This document shows positions 11,391 through 26,872 of a stretch of DNA of 64,000 nt, one piece after another. The notes beneath the pieces were generated by a model that saw only the letters and a list, made by a program, of their open reading frames with translations, did no database searches and was not told the DNA's origin. The stretch is taken from NCBI GenBank assembly GCA_964016885.1, contig OZ024753.1, positions 11,718,001 through 11,782,000 of the forward strand, read 5' to 3'. This stretch comes from Eledone cirrhosa. Lineage: Eukaryota. The translations under genes and the position numbers were made by a program. The first letter of the stretch is position 1, and each line of letters begins with the position of its first letter.

Positions 11391-11777
11391 ATATACTAAT
11401 ACTCTAATAAAACGAACGATTTGTTAGGCCTCCATTACGTGTACGTATGTAGGTATATATAAAACAACCATAAGGCAGTTTGAAAGAAGCAGATCATTGC
11501 GTGCAGATGTAAATACTGTTAAAGGTAGTTCATGACATAAAATTGTATTCATGATTATTGTTATCATCATCATCATCATCATCATGATCATCATCATGAT
11601 TAATAATAATACCTTAGTGTCCAGTGTTGTTATTTTCAGAGCAATGAGTCATTGAAGTTGTTTCTTTGAAATGTTGCAATGGCGGAATAGATTACCTGTT
11701 CTTATCAATATTTTAAACGATACTTTACCTACTGAACCTGCCAAACACCCTCTCTCAACATATCTGTATCTATTATC

Positions 11778-11806
11778 GATATATATATATATATATATAT
11801 ACGTAT

Positions 11807-11856
<50 letters not shown>

Positions 11857-11904
11857 GTATACACATATATATATATATATATATACGTATACATATATAC
11901 GTAT

Positions 11905-11935
<31 letters not shown>

Positions 11936-11954
11936 CGTATACATATATACGTAT

Positions 11955-11985
<31 letters not shown>

Positions 11986-12032
11986 CGTATACATATATAC
12001 GTATACACATATATATATATATATATACGTAT

Positions 12033-12063
<31 letters not shown>

Positions 12064-12122
12064 CGTATACACATATATATATATATATATATACGTATAC
12101 ACATATATATATATATACGTAT

Positions 12123-12157
<35 letters not shown>

Positions 12158-12431
12158 CGTATACACATATATATATATATATATAGATAAGTATACACAC
12201 ATATATATATATATATATACGTATACACACATTATATATATATATATATATGTATACACATATATATAAATATATATATATGTATACACATATATATAAA
12301 TATATATATACGTATACACACACACATATATATATAGATATATATATGTACGTATATATATATATATATATGTTTGCATAATAGTAATCAGGTTTGTATG
12401 TCTCTATTAAGTTAGTTTGCACTTATATATG

Positions 12432-12485
<54 letters not shown>

Positions 12486-12490
12486 TACAC
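11778..12490. repeat. Compound (TA)n / tatacgtatacac minisatellite
   Basis: Repeated acgtatacac units separated by variable TA runs. Confidence 0.9.
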
Positions 12491-13062
12491 ACGCATGGAT
12501 ACACACACATATATTGTTATATATATAATATGTACATATAAATATATATAGATACATACATACGCGTAAACTAGCATATAAATATACGTATACAAACAAA
12601 AAAATGCGTACTTACATATATATGTATACATAGAATATTATGTGTGTGTGTGTGTGTGTACTGTGCGTGTGTGTTTGTGCACGCGTGTGTGTGTGTATAT
12701 ATATATATATATAAAGTCATGCGTTTATGCAACTATACATACCCGGTGATTCGATAAATATAGATCGATAAAATATGTACCAGAGTGATGCAAGTCATGC
12801 GATCGATCTGATCAACTAATAAATTTCACGCCTTAGCAGGACCTCAATCTAATGGCGGATATCTTTAAAGGGACAAGCTGGTCGTTGCCCCGTGGGTTTT
12901 ACCATCGTCTGTCGTCTGACATACTTCAAATATAACATGACAATGGATTCATTACAAAACACATTTAATTAAGTGGATGGCATGATTTTACAATGTACAA
13001 CTTATTTCCGATGCACCGAAAGTACATTATATGATGAACTCAGTTACATACTATATATATAT

Positions 13063-13200
13063 TAAGGAAAAATTATGACTCCGACGGCTTGAGCTCTGCC
13101 GTCTGGGTCATACTTTTTCCTATTTCCCACCCTACTACCATAAGTATTGAGTACTCTGGTGCGTTATGGTCCATGTGGTTTCTTACCACAATTCCTTTGT
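13063..13200 (+). mobile_element. PLE pLTR remnant, family B
   Basis: gacggcttgagctctgccgtc...ttgagtactctggtgcgttatggtcc, TA-flanked. Confidence 0.75.
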
Positions 13201-13317
13201 TATATATAAATATATAGTGAATATGTGGTGTGTGTGTGTATATATATACACATATATATAGACACATACATATATATACACACATACATATATATATACA
13301 CATACATATATATATAT

Positions 13318-13414
<97 letters not shown>

Positions 13415-13467
13415 TATACATATACACACATATATATATATATATATATATACATATATATACATAT

Positions 13468-13508
<41 letters not shown>

Positions 13509-14246
13509 TATACATATACACACATATATATATATATATATATATACATATATATACATATACACACATATATATATATATATATATATACATATATATA
13601 CATATACACACATATATATATATATATATATATACATATATATACATATACACACATATATATATATATTTATATATACATATATATACATATACACACA
13701 TATATATATATATATATATACATATATATACATATATATACATATACATATATATACATATATATACATATACATATATATACATATATATACATATACA
13801 TATATATACATATACATATACATATATATACATATACATATATATACATATACATATATATACATATACATATATATACATATACATATATATACATATA
13901 CATATATATACATATACATATATATACATATACATACATATACATACATATACATATATATACATATACATATATATACACATACATATACATACATATA
14001 CATACATATACATACATATACATATATATACATATACATATACATATATATACATATACATATACATATATATACATATACATATACATATATATACATA
14101 TACATATATATACATATACATATACATACATATATATACATATATATACATATACACATATATATACATATACACATATACATATACACATATATATACA
14201 TATACATATACATATACACATATACATATACACATATACATATATA
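13201..14246. repeat. (TA)n/(CATATA)n compound microsatellite
   Basis: Direct inspection. Confidence 0.95.
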
Positions 14247-15044
14247 CTTCCCTCCGGGGAAACTCTCGTGGCATCTAACAACATCAGAGACTTGGGAGTA
14301 ACCGTGGACAGCAACATAAGCTGGAACACGCATATAAGCAGCAAAGTTGACATGGCCCGCAGAATGTGTTCCTGGATCCTCAGAACCTTCCAGTCGAGAG
14401 ATTCCCGCACCATTATCCTTCTCTTCTCTACTTTCGCCCGACCACACCTTGAATACTGTTGTCCACTGTGGTCTCCCCACACGAAACAAAGTATCATGAA
14501 ACTTGAAGCTCCTCAAAGGGCAATCACGAAAAAGATAGATGGCATGTCAGACCTTGACTACTGGGGTCGATTAGAAAACCTGAAACTTTACTCACTCCAA
14601 CGTCGCCGTGAGCGTTATATTATCTGCATGATGTGGACAATGTTCCATCATCACTGCCCAAATGATGTTGGCATCGCCTTCAAGATACACCCAAGGCTTG
14701 GGCCCCGTGCTATCCGTCCCATTCAAAAATATAAATCGCAACTCATAACAACAATACGGCACAATTATTTCACCTCAATCGGCCCTGCTCTCTTCAACAT
14801 CACACCAGGACACGTCAAAACAGAAACTGACCACACAAAATTCAAGAAGTCTTTGGACAAATTCCTCCAAGTAATCCCGGACAAACCACCCACACCCGGA
14901 AATGTCTCCGCAAACAGTAATTCTCTTCTCGAATGGGCCATGGTACCCAAATCCTGAATTGAAAGACTTCGCCAGGTGGTGCTATTGAGTTAGACATGGC
15001 CTGGGCCAATACTGGCCAAAACATTTCAAAGTTATTCAAAGTTA
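14247..15044 (+). mobile_element. CR1/L2-group LINE 3' fragment (RT C-terminus plus 3' UTR)
   Basis: [56 protein letters not shown]. Stop at 14957; tail ttcaaagtta x2. Confidence 0.9.
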
Positions 15045-16801
<1,757 letters not shown>

Positions 16802-17030
16802 ATAACTTTGAATAACTTTGAAATGTTTTGGCCAGTATTGGCCCAGGCCATGTCTAACTTAATAGCACCACCTGGCGAAGTCTTTCAATTCAGGATTTGG
16901 GCACCATGGCCCATTCGAGAAGAGAATTACTGTTTGCGGAGACATATCCGGGTGTGGGTGGTTTGTCCGGGATTACTTGGAGGAATTTGTCCAAAGACTT
17001 CTTGAATTTTGTGTGGTCAGTTTCTGTTTT
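16802..17030 (-). mobile_element. Second CR1-like 3' fragment, inverted relative to 14816-15044
   Basis: Near-identical reverse complement of 14816-15044. Confidence 0.9.
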
Positions 17031-17080
17031 GTATATATGTATGTATATATATATATGTATATATGTATGTATATATATGT

Positions 17081-17113
<33 letters not shown>

Positions 17114-17227
17114 ATATATATGTTTGTATATATATATATGTATATATGTATATATGTATGTATATATATATATGTTTGTATATATATATCTATATATGTA
17201 TATATGTATGTATATATATATATGTAT

Positions 17228-17267
<40 letters not shown>

Positions 17268-17417
17268 GTTTGTATATATATATGTATATACACACAACCC
17301 ATCCATCCATCCATTCATAGATACATACATAATGGTTGCCCCCTCGTTATCGAGTATGGCCATTGCACGAGGAGAAAAAAAAATAAATAAAAAATAAAAT
17401 AAAAATAAAAAAAAGGA

Positions 17418-17453
<36 letters not shown>

Positions 17454-17548
17454 GTATATACATACACACATATACATTAATAACAATAATAATAATAATA
17501 ATAATAACAACAATAATAATAACGACAACAACAATAATGATCTACATA

Positions 17549-17582
<34 letters not shown>

Positions 17583-17612
17583 TAAACATATCTATACACA
17601 CACACACATATC

Positions 17613-17659
<47 letters not shown>

Positions 17660-20500
17660 GCGATAGCAACTAACAGCGCTCCGATCGAATGTGGCTTTTT
17701 AGACCAGCCAATGATCTAAAATGTCTTGCACAGAGCCGGCAACCAAACATTCACTGGGAATAGCCGGCTGTGTTTGGAGTTCATCTACTTTTGTATGTCG
17801 CTTGAGCCCTCATGCTGATTTACATTCTCTACCACATGTTTGGCAAGCATGATGAGTAGCATCTCCAACAGCAGCCTGGTAGTCAACCACTGGTCTTACT
17901 TTATGACTGCGAAGATGACTTTCGAGTCCAGCTTTGCTTAGGCAGAGTCTCGCACAGACGCTGCATGTCAGCACCATAGGAGGACCTTCGCCGTCTGGAA
18001 GTGCAACAGCAATGCCCTTCCTCACATCCCGCTTTACTTTCTCGTATGCGATTCGAGATGCCTGAGAGGCATCTTTTCCCTCATATACAGTCTTTTTCCA
18101 TTTATTACGATCAGCAGCAATATTTTCTCATGTATCAGCAGAGATGTTAGCGTCTTTCAAAGAGGCTTTCAAGGAATCCTTATACCTCTTTTCTGGTTTA
18201 TGTGGCGGTCGTTTTCCTTTAACCAACTCTCCATAAAAGAGTTTTTTTGGTATTCTAGAATCCTTCATTCTGGCAAGGTGACCACTGCAACGGTGTCGTT
18301 GCTTAAGCACAAGAGCTTTCCAAAATCTCGACATCACTGATGTGGTCCCTCCAGTGAACGCCATGGATCCGTCTGAGACACATGTGATGGAAACGCTCCA
18401 ATTGCTTAAGGTGGTGTCGATATGTGACCCAGGTCTCGCAGGCATAAAGAAGACAAGAGAGCACACATGCCTTGTACACCTTTACCTTTGTCCTCCTGCA
18501 TATGTCTCGCCGACCCCAGAGTCGCCTTTCTAGCTTTCCGAAAGCATCACTTGCTTTCCTAATCCTAAGTGAGATTTCACTGTCAAGGTTGCCGTATCGA
18601 TTGACAGTGCTTCCCAGGTAGACAAACTGATCAACCACTCCTAGTCGTTTACCATACACATAGATATTTGGTTTAGTGTACTGCTTACCAGAGGCAGGTT
18701 GGTACATGACGACGGCTTTCTTGAGACTGACAGTCAATCCTAGGGCAGTTCAAGCTTCAGAAAATGCATTCAAAATGTACTGCATATTACTCACTGTGTG
18801 AGCTACAAGATCGCAATCATCTGCATACAAGATGTTAAATATGCTGCCTGAGGTTCGATATCCGATGTAAACACCATGCTCGCAATTACTGAATGCAATA
18901 CAGAAAACCATTGCAAAGTATATGGCAATCAGGGTCGGTGCTGGAATATCGCCCTGTTTCACTCCATTTTTTACTGAGATAGGCTCCGACATGTTACCTC
19001 CGACATTAACCCAAGCCTTCATGTCGTCATGGAAAGACCTAACTATAGCAAGGAACTTATCAGGGCAACCAAGTTTCTGGAGAACCTTCCATAATGCATC
19101 TCTGTTAACAGTATCGAAAGCTTTTGTCAGATCGACAAAAACCTGATACAGATGCAAACCTTGTTCCATGCACTTCTCCTGGAGCTGTCCAGCTGAGAAG
19201 ATCATATCAGTAGTGCCGCGTCCAGCACGAAAACCAGATTGACTTTCAGGAAGAACACAATCTGCAATGTGTGTCAGCAGACGGTCCAGAAGCACCCTAT
19301 ATAAAACTTTCCCTACGACAGAAAGCAATGATATACCTCTGTAGTTCCCACAATCATTCCTGTTACCCTTTCCCTTGTAGCAGACCACCATTACTGCATC
19401 TCGCCAGTCCTCAGGTACGGATTCATTAGCCCATATCCTGCCAAACAAAGAGTGAAGATGTTGCAGGAGTCTCTCACCACCATATTGTAGGAGCTCAGCA
19501 TGTATGCCATCCATACCTGGAGACCTTCCACTGTTCAGCTTCGAGATAGCGACTGCAACCTCCACAAGCGTCGGAGGTTCTGCGAGAGCTACTTTCACAG
19601 GACATTCTGGAATGAGATGGAGGAAATCTTCACTGACGACAGACTTTACGTTTAGTGATTAGTTTCACTTTTGCGCGTACCAGGCCGTGGTCCGTCCAGC
19701 ACTCAGCTCCACGAAGAGCACGAACACACTGCACATCCTGTCTGTCACGAATCCTGACTAGGACGTAGTCCAAAAGATGCCATTCCTTAGATGCAGGATA
19801 CATCCATGTGGTCTTGAATTTGTTCTTTTGTTGGAACATGGTGTTGGTAACACACAGATCCAGCACCTCACACATCTGCAGCAGGCGCATACCATTGTTG
19901 TTACACTTTCCCACCCCATGTCTTCCGATTACATTCCATGTGTTAAAATCCCTACCCACTCTAGCATTAAAGTCACCAAGCACGATAATTTGTCTGCCTG
20001 AGGGATATTTCTTAAAACACCTTTCGAGGCATGGTAAAAGGACACTTTTTCTTCATCGACAGAATTCATAGTTGGCGCATACACACTCACCAGGGTTGCA
20101 TATCTTTCTTTGTCCAGCGGAATTCTCATGGACATAAAACTCTCACTAATCCCTACTGAGAATTCTTCTAATTTATTCACAAGAACAGTCTTAACAGCAA
20201 ATCCTACCCCAGCCTCTCTTCTGGTTCCTTCATCTCTTCCTTTCCAGAAGAATGTATATTCTCCACAAAATTCTGTAAGATGACCATCTCCAGCTAACCT
20301 CATCACAGAAAAAGCCACGATGTCAAGATCGTAACGTCGAAGCTCCTTTGCAACAAGAGCGGTCCTTCGTTCAGGACGCTCCAAGGAATCCCTGTCAAGC
20401 AGCGTCCGTTCGTTCCAGCAGCCAAGACTAAATGCCTTGTTTGGCTCTATTACAATGGCACGATGACGAGCGGGCCCAGGCTGTGATAACCTTGGGCCCC
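17660..20500 (-). mobile_element. Decayed RTE-clade LINE (APE endonuclease, RT, three C2H2-type zinc fingers)
   Basis: APE motifs GCWNERTL, SVYAPT, LGDFNARVG, DYVLVR, WTDH (19630-20460). RT motifs NYRGISLL, FVDLTKAFD, GVKQG, LYADD (18750-19598). C-terminal CSVC..H..H, CQTC..H and CRLC..H (17670-17975). Multiple frameshifts and deletions; ends in (TG)n. Confidence 0.92.
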
Positions 20501-20621
20501 TGCCCTTATTGCCAATTATCTTTTTTGTTCCAGAACCTAAATCGCCAATTATCTCTTTTATATTGTTCTGGAACATCATTTAATTGAAAAAAAAAAAGTA
20601 ATAATAATAGTAACAATAATA

Positions 20622-20722
20622 ATTATTTCTACTTTAGGTAAAAGGCCAGCACAGACCAGTACATTACTGGTACTTTATTTTATCGACCCCGTAAGGATGA
20701 AAGGCAAAGTTAACCTCGGCGA
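20622..20722 (-). mobile_element. OK/Meta-type SINE fragment
   Basis: ctggtactttattttatcgaccccgtaaggatgaaaggc. Confidence 0.8.
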
Positions 20723-20985
20723 TAATAATAATAATCATGCTTTCTTTATTAACCACAAGGGTTTACATAAAGTAGACATTAAGGACAGTACAAGACAATA
20801 CAGGACGGTACAAATTGGCATTTCTGCGTGTAAAAAAAAACAGAGGATGTAATAAAAAATAACAATGAAAAATTCCCCAATAGGGGTTAGACTTCCGAGG
20901 GGCATTTGTGGAGAAAGCCCATTAAAAGGCCACAGTGACCCTGACCACCAGGGCAAGTGCCCTCTCCCAGTTTTCCACCTTTAAT

Positions 20986-23900
20986 TTACAGACACATACT
21001 CAGAGTAGGCCCATTCACTCGGGCCATTCTTGCCTCTCTCACCCATCTTTCAACAAAATGCTGGGAAGAGAGCACTTCCCTCTCTACAATGATTTTCCTT
21101 TTCAAATGAAATTTGAAAAAGTTAATCAGGGCATCACCGAATAGGTAAGTGCTCGTCTTCAGCCCTTTCAAACGAGTCCACCATATCTCTTTCGCCATGG
21201 CCACCAGACAGATAAAAACTGCCTGCCCTTCCCAGCTAAAGGAAGAGGGCGGGGCAGATAGCCGGATCCGTCCTACCCGTGACAGCAGGTGTTCGACATA
21301 AACCTACAAGTCAGCAATGCTCCGACACTGGACGAGTGCGTGCAGGACGGTTTCGTCACCCTGCGCGCATCTCGGACATGCTCGGCTGACGGCACCTCCA
21401 TGCCTGGAGAGTTTATCCCGAACTGGCAAAGCTCCTCGGTAGCACTGCCAAGCCAGGGATTTCTGGAAGTTGTCCATAGGCCCCGGCCCGAAAGTCCTTC
21501 CGAAGAGATTGGGTAGTTGATTTTCGTCGACGCCTAGAGTTTCTCCAAGTACGTCGTCGCTCTTCCCCTCCACTAATCCTCTATAGAACGCCAAGGTGGA
21601 GTTTCCACCGATCACATTGCCCGATTGGTCGAGGGCTGTGAGCGCCTGAAGACATTCCAGTCTCCAAGCGCTCCCGCTCGGTCTTCGCTTGACCCAGGAC
21701 TGCAGCTCCGTCAAGGAGACGAGCTGGCGAAAGACGTGTCTAGCAAACGGCGACCACACCTGATCACCGTCGAGGAAGAGGTGGAGATGTCGTAGCCTGA
21801 GCGCGTGTCTGCGCATCATCAGCCACGGCATGCCCAGCCCTCCACGTAGCGGGTGTTGACAGCAGATGGACCGCCTGACCATCGGAGCGCGTCCCTTCCA
21901 CAAAAAGCGAAAGAGCAAATGCTCCAGCGCAGTCAGACAGGGCTTAGGACAAGATACGACGGTCAGGCGGTAGTAGATGACGGACGCGATGTACGCGTTA
22001 GCCGCACCGCTCGACCTTTCAGGGATAGCTTTCTCTCCGCCCATTTCTTCCTCTCCACCCTGCTCGTCACCTCGTCCCAGTTTTTGTCCGTCTGGAGGTC
22101 CGGACCGAACCCTAGCAATTCAACCGGTCCGTCCGTCTAGCGCCCGACGACGCTGTTGGACGGCATGGACCTGCCTCTCCAGGTGCCGAGCTGCAGGCCC
22201 ACTGACTTTTCCTGTTTTCTCATTGCTCCTGTCACTGCTTCGTATTCTCTTAGTGTAGTGCCGATCGCCTCGATGTGTTTGGCGTTCGACACCACTACGG
22301 TGACATCGTCCGCATATGCTGACACGGATCTTCCGCCTCCTAGTTCGCGCGGGACCCCACTCAACGTCTCCAGTTTGTGCAGTAATGGCTCGAGAGTCAA
22401 TACGTACAAGAGGGGACATCCTTGGCGGACCGAGCGCATGATGTTGACCGGTTCCGAAAGGTGACCGTTCACTCTCACCACAGAGCAGATGTCGCTGTGC
22501 ATGGCAGCGATCCAGCCTCTGAAGACGGGCCAAAGCAAGCCGCCCTCAGGACTGCCGCTAGGTAACGATGGTCGACCCTATCGAAAGCTTTCGACTGATC
22601 TAAATTGATCAAGGACCCACCCGTGCCAAGTTCCCTAGCTACCCTCTCTACGATGTATCGCATGATGTGGAGGTTGTCGTGGATGGATCTGTCAAGAATG
22701 GCGCACGTCTGCACCTCTCCCACCAGACCACCAACGACAAGCGCCAACCTCTTTGCTCGCACCTTGGCCAAAATCTTGAACTCTGTGTTTAGCAGAGTTA
22801 TGGGCCTAAAATTATCTATGTTACACCCCTTGTTCGGATCCTTTCTCAGCAGCGCCACAGCTCCTCGGCTCACAGAGCTGGGAATTCTCCCGTTCTGTTG
22901 CCAGTTGCAGTAGACGTTTGCCAAGAGGCCTCCGAACAAGTCTGGCATCTGTACGTAAAGTTCATAGGGCAGACCATCCAAACCAGGCGATTTACCCCCT
23001 GTGCAGCCAGTCATTACCTCCCGTACTTCAGCGGCTGTTATCGGCTTTTCGCAACACTCCGTCTCAGTGGCCGAGAGCCGCGGCAGTCCGTCGAGGTAAA
23101 CACTAATGTCCATCCTTCGATCCGGCCCGCCGCTGCCCCCGAGCAGCTATGCGAAGTATCACTGAAAAGCTTCACACATTTTCCCGGGATTGAGTAGCAT
23201 GCGCCCGTCGTGGTCCACCAAAGACCGGATCGTGGCTTTCTTGCCACGACCGGCCTCCGCCACTCTGGCCCATTGAACGGCTATCGTCCCCTCGTGTCTG
23301 AGAGCACGCACCCTTGCTCTGACAACGCAGCCTTCGTGCTTTGAATTGAAGAATTGGTCAAGGGCCAATTTCGCCGCAAGTACGTCGGTCGCGATGCCTT
23401 TGCTAAGCGCCTCGTCTAGTTTCTAACTAATTCTCCCTCTGCTCTATTTTTCTCTATTGCTAAAGCCTTAATAAACCTAATGCACTCTATTCTAATTGCT
23501 CTTTTCAGAGCAAACCACCACTTGTTGACGATGGCTCCCGTCAACGCCCGCTTAACTAGTTCGCTAATCCGGTCTCTGTAGGCCTTGCGCGCTGGTAAGG
23601 ACGCGTTTAGCTTCCAGTAGCCGGGTCATCGTCTATGAAGCCTATCTAAGTCAAGCACACAGATCACGAATTTGTGGTCCGTGTAGCTGACTATCTTGAA
23701 TTGTGGACAGCCTATGCTAGACCTATCAATTTCCCTACAAAATACTCTATCTAGATATGATCTGGATGACCCTATGCGATTTGTCCAAGTCCACATTGGC
23801 ACATTCGGGAAATCCAATCGGTACCTGTCAGACAGTTCAAAACGCCTGAGCAGGTTGGTGAGGCTCTTGCACCCTCCTGCCCTATCCGCTGATCCCACAC

Positions 23901-24387
23901 AGTCCCAGCGTGCATCTAAGATCCCGTTCGAGTCGCCCACTAACACTGACGAGCGGGGCGTTCCAAGAAAGGTCTCCAGACGCCGGAATATATCAGGCCG
24001 CCCTGCTCCTGTCGGGTCACAGACGGCCACTAGCCTGAAAGCTTGCCCGTCTCCGCTGGTCACGTCCAGCACCACCAACTTACCTTCTGGGTCCAGGAAG
24101 ATGGCCCGTATGGCGAGATCCAAACCTCTCCGAAAAAGCACAGCAACTCCTCCACCCGATCCAGGACGGCTGCGAGATGCGTACACATCGTAGCCGCCGA
24201 AGATCGGTGTGAAGGCCCGTGCTTCGGAGATTCTGGTCTCGCTGATGGCCACTACATCTATGTTTAATGACCTGAGGTCGTTGAGCAGGTGGCCCTGCTT
24301 CCATGACGACCCCAAGCCCCGCGCATTTATACTGCCTATTCTGAGTGAGGTAATGTTGAAATGGATGGAAAAGATGGGAAAGACCAT
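20986..24387 (-). pseudogene. L1/Tx1 ORF2: APE, RT and C-terminal CCHC zinc finger, disrupted
   Basis: GSINARGL, AISET, LVGDSN, SYLDRVF, YTDH; KSPGLDG, FRPITLLN, LDQSKAFDRV, VRQGCPL, AYADD; CPRC..ETVLHALVQC. Confidence 0.9.
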
Positions 24388-26208
24388 TTACCTTACTTCT
24401 CGTAGAGGAAGGATGGTTTGTCCATCCTTTTCACTGCTTGTGGCCTCCCCCGGAAGGATGTCCTTATAAATCCTCCTGGAGAGTGTTTGTCGGAAGTCTC
24501 CGATGTCTTTGGGGAATTTTTGTTTTAGTGTCGTGTACGTTTTCTGGGTGATGCGAGTGATTTGTCTGTGTGGAGGTGGTGTGAACTTTTGGGTTGTTGT
24601 GTAGTCTTTTTCTGTGATGCTGGTGTTGTGTTGGATGTAGTGTAATAATTGGTTGTTCAACTTTAATGCTGTGTAGTGTGTATCGTTTTGGTTGTTTTGT
24701 TTTGTTTGCGTTTGTTGTGGGTTTGTTTCTGTTTCGCTTTTTGGTGACTTTTGTGGTGTAGGTGATGGTGGTGTTGGGGTTAATGATGGTGATGGTGTTG
24801 GTGGTGATGGGGTTGGTGATGCTGGTGTGGATGGTGGCATATATGTCCTAACTTTTTTGTTTGATAGTTTATTTGTTTCCCTCTGTATTTTGTTTTTGGA
24901 GGGGGAAGGAAGAGATTTTTTTCTTTTTTGGTTTCTTTTTTTCTTTTTTCCTGATACCTTTTCCCACTCCTCGTCGTCACAATCCGTCTCCAGTTGTGAT
25001 GGGCCGGGGAGTGGAAAATCCTTCACAGGCGTTGCTTTTCGTTGTGCCGTGGTGGATGGTGTAGGCGCTGGTGCTAGTTCTGGCGCGTTGGGTGGTGGTG
25101 GTGTTGGTTTTGCTACTGTTGCTGCTGCTGGTGGTGTTGATGGTTGAGTCACTGGGGTGGGTAAGAGAGGTGGCCTCAACCTTTTAGCCTGAGGGCAGAA
25201 AGCCCTTAGGTGGGTTCATTCACCACAAACGACACACCTAGGCCTTCTGCCCTCGACGATTACGGTGAGGTGGCTGCCGTCAGTGAGGTCTATTATCTCT
25301 GGGATCTCCTCAATGCTTTTTTGGTCCGCTTGGATCAGGAGCTCCATCCCAGATCCGGACCAGTTCTGCTTTTCTTTCGCTATTTCGATTATCTTGGTAT
25401 TGGCTTCGATGCCGGCGAGGACGGCAGGGAATTTCGATGGCCGGTGGAACGTGGGTCACCCTGATCTTTACGAGTCTCTGATCACAATAGCTTTGGACGA
25501 GTGTGAAGTCGTCACTTCTTAATCGGGCCATGGAGTGTTCTCTAGCCTCCTGTGGTGTTTCAAAGAACACGTCCACGGTTCCATATTTCTGCCCACGTCT
25601 GATGTGGGTTTTTTTTGCCCACACATGTCTCAAAGCTTTTTGGATTTGGGACTCGGATGCCCGTTCCACTAGGCGCGATTTCATGTTAATTGTTCGATAA
25701 GACACGATGCATAGGCGCCGATGCTCCATTTTATTAGGTGGGTGGGGGGTGGGGGTGAGGCTGACCCTGTACCCATCTTTCAACATTTTTTTGGCTTCTT
25801 CTAATTCTTCTGAGTTACCTGAAATGCTTTGCACTGTTTTGCTACTCTGGCAAAACTCGGGGTGGTTTTCTTAATTTCATTGTTGTTGTTGTTGTTATCG
25901 TTAATTTTAGTTTCAGTTGTAGTGGTGGTGGCGTCAGTGGTGTTCGGTGTGGAAGAGTTCATTCTGGTTGAATTCATTTCGATATCACGAGTTAATTTAT
26001 TTTTTCTTTTGTTTCTGTTGTCGCGGTGGTGGTGGCGGCTTTGACACCTGCTTTCATTGGTAATGGCGGGAAATGAATGTCTGCCTGAGACAAATTAAAA
26101 ATATTGCTACTGCTTATATTTTTAGTGTTGGCAAACGTAGTAATATTTACAATGGTGGTGTCGGTGTGAGGTGTTAGTTTGTGAGGAAGGAGTGACTGAG
26201 TCGTCCAT
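24388..26208 (-). pseudogene. L1/Tx1 ORF1 (gag-like: RRM-like region, zinc knuckle, Pro/Thr-rich tail), frameshifted
   Basis: ORFs 25310-25834 and 24388-25179. Hand translation near 25190-25260 gives VEGRRPRCVVC..(frameshift)HLR..CP, a CCHC knuckle. The stop abuts the ORF2 start (TAAATG). Confidence 0.7.
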
Positions 26209-26473
26209 GATTTTTCAAAGAAAACTTTTTGTTTGATAATTAATAAAGTTTACATTTTGGGCTCAAGGCCCCAATCTTTTTGGGTGTCCTTTTCAGATAA
26301 CAATGTATGTGCAATTATATACAGGTAACAATAAAAATGTTCCATAAATGGTAATTTTAAACAACTGAAAATAACAAACCTTTGCGGAGCTCACGATGAT
26401 ACGATTTACTACGTAGGTCGCCAATAATAATAATAATAATAATAATAATACACTATTAATAATTATTAATGCA

Positions 26474-26752
26474 CTCGTGCAATGCCTGTGCGTGACGAAT
26501 ATTTTTAAAGTGAGGAAAGACTGTGCACTAAGTCAATCCCACTCTCTGAGCGACAGTAGCTCTAACCCGAAAAGAAGAAAAGATCAACATCATCGGTAAC
26601 TACTGAGCCGCAGGTTTTATGTCGGAGTTAACCCAGTTTCCTGAGATGCCTTCTCCTAGAATAATGCCTTGACAAGGGCTAGGGGTTCTTCACTCCCAGT
26701 GGTTTAACTGCGCGATCGGGCATCCAGCCCGATTATTTCTATGTCCCTGCGC
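26474..26752 (-). mobile_element. Second copy of the 6.2-6.45 kb repeat (distal half of a split element)
   Basis: Clear collinear similarity to 6180-6452. Confidence 0.8.
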
Positions 26753-26783
<31 letters not shown>

Positions 26784-26830
26784 ACTTATTGACATTTATA
26801 CGTACGACGCACACACACAGCAACACTCAT

Positions 26831-26872
<42 letters not shown>

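Larger units (their letters stand above)
20723..26422 (-). mobile_element. Near full-length decayed L1/Tx1-like non-LTR retrotransposon
   Basis: Two-ORF layout, 3' UTR with AATAAA and an (ATT)n tail, and (AAT)n at both ends. Confidence 0.9.

Noticed and set aside
21853-25700. Plus-strand ORFs over the Tx1-like element
   Set aside because: They are antisense shadows of the retrotransposon ORFs with no independent motifs.
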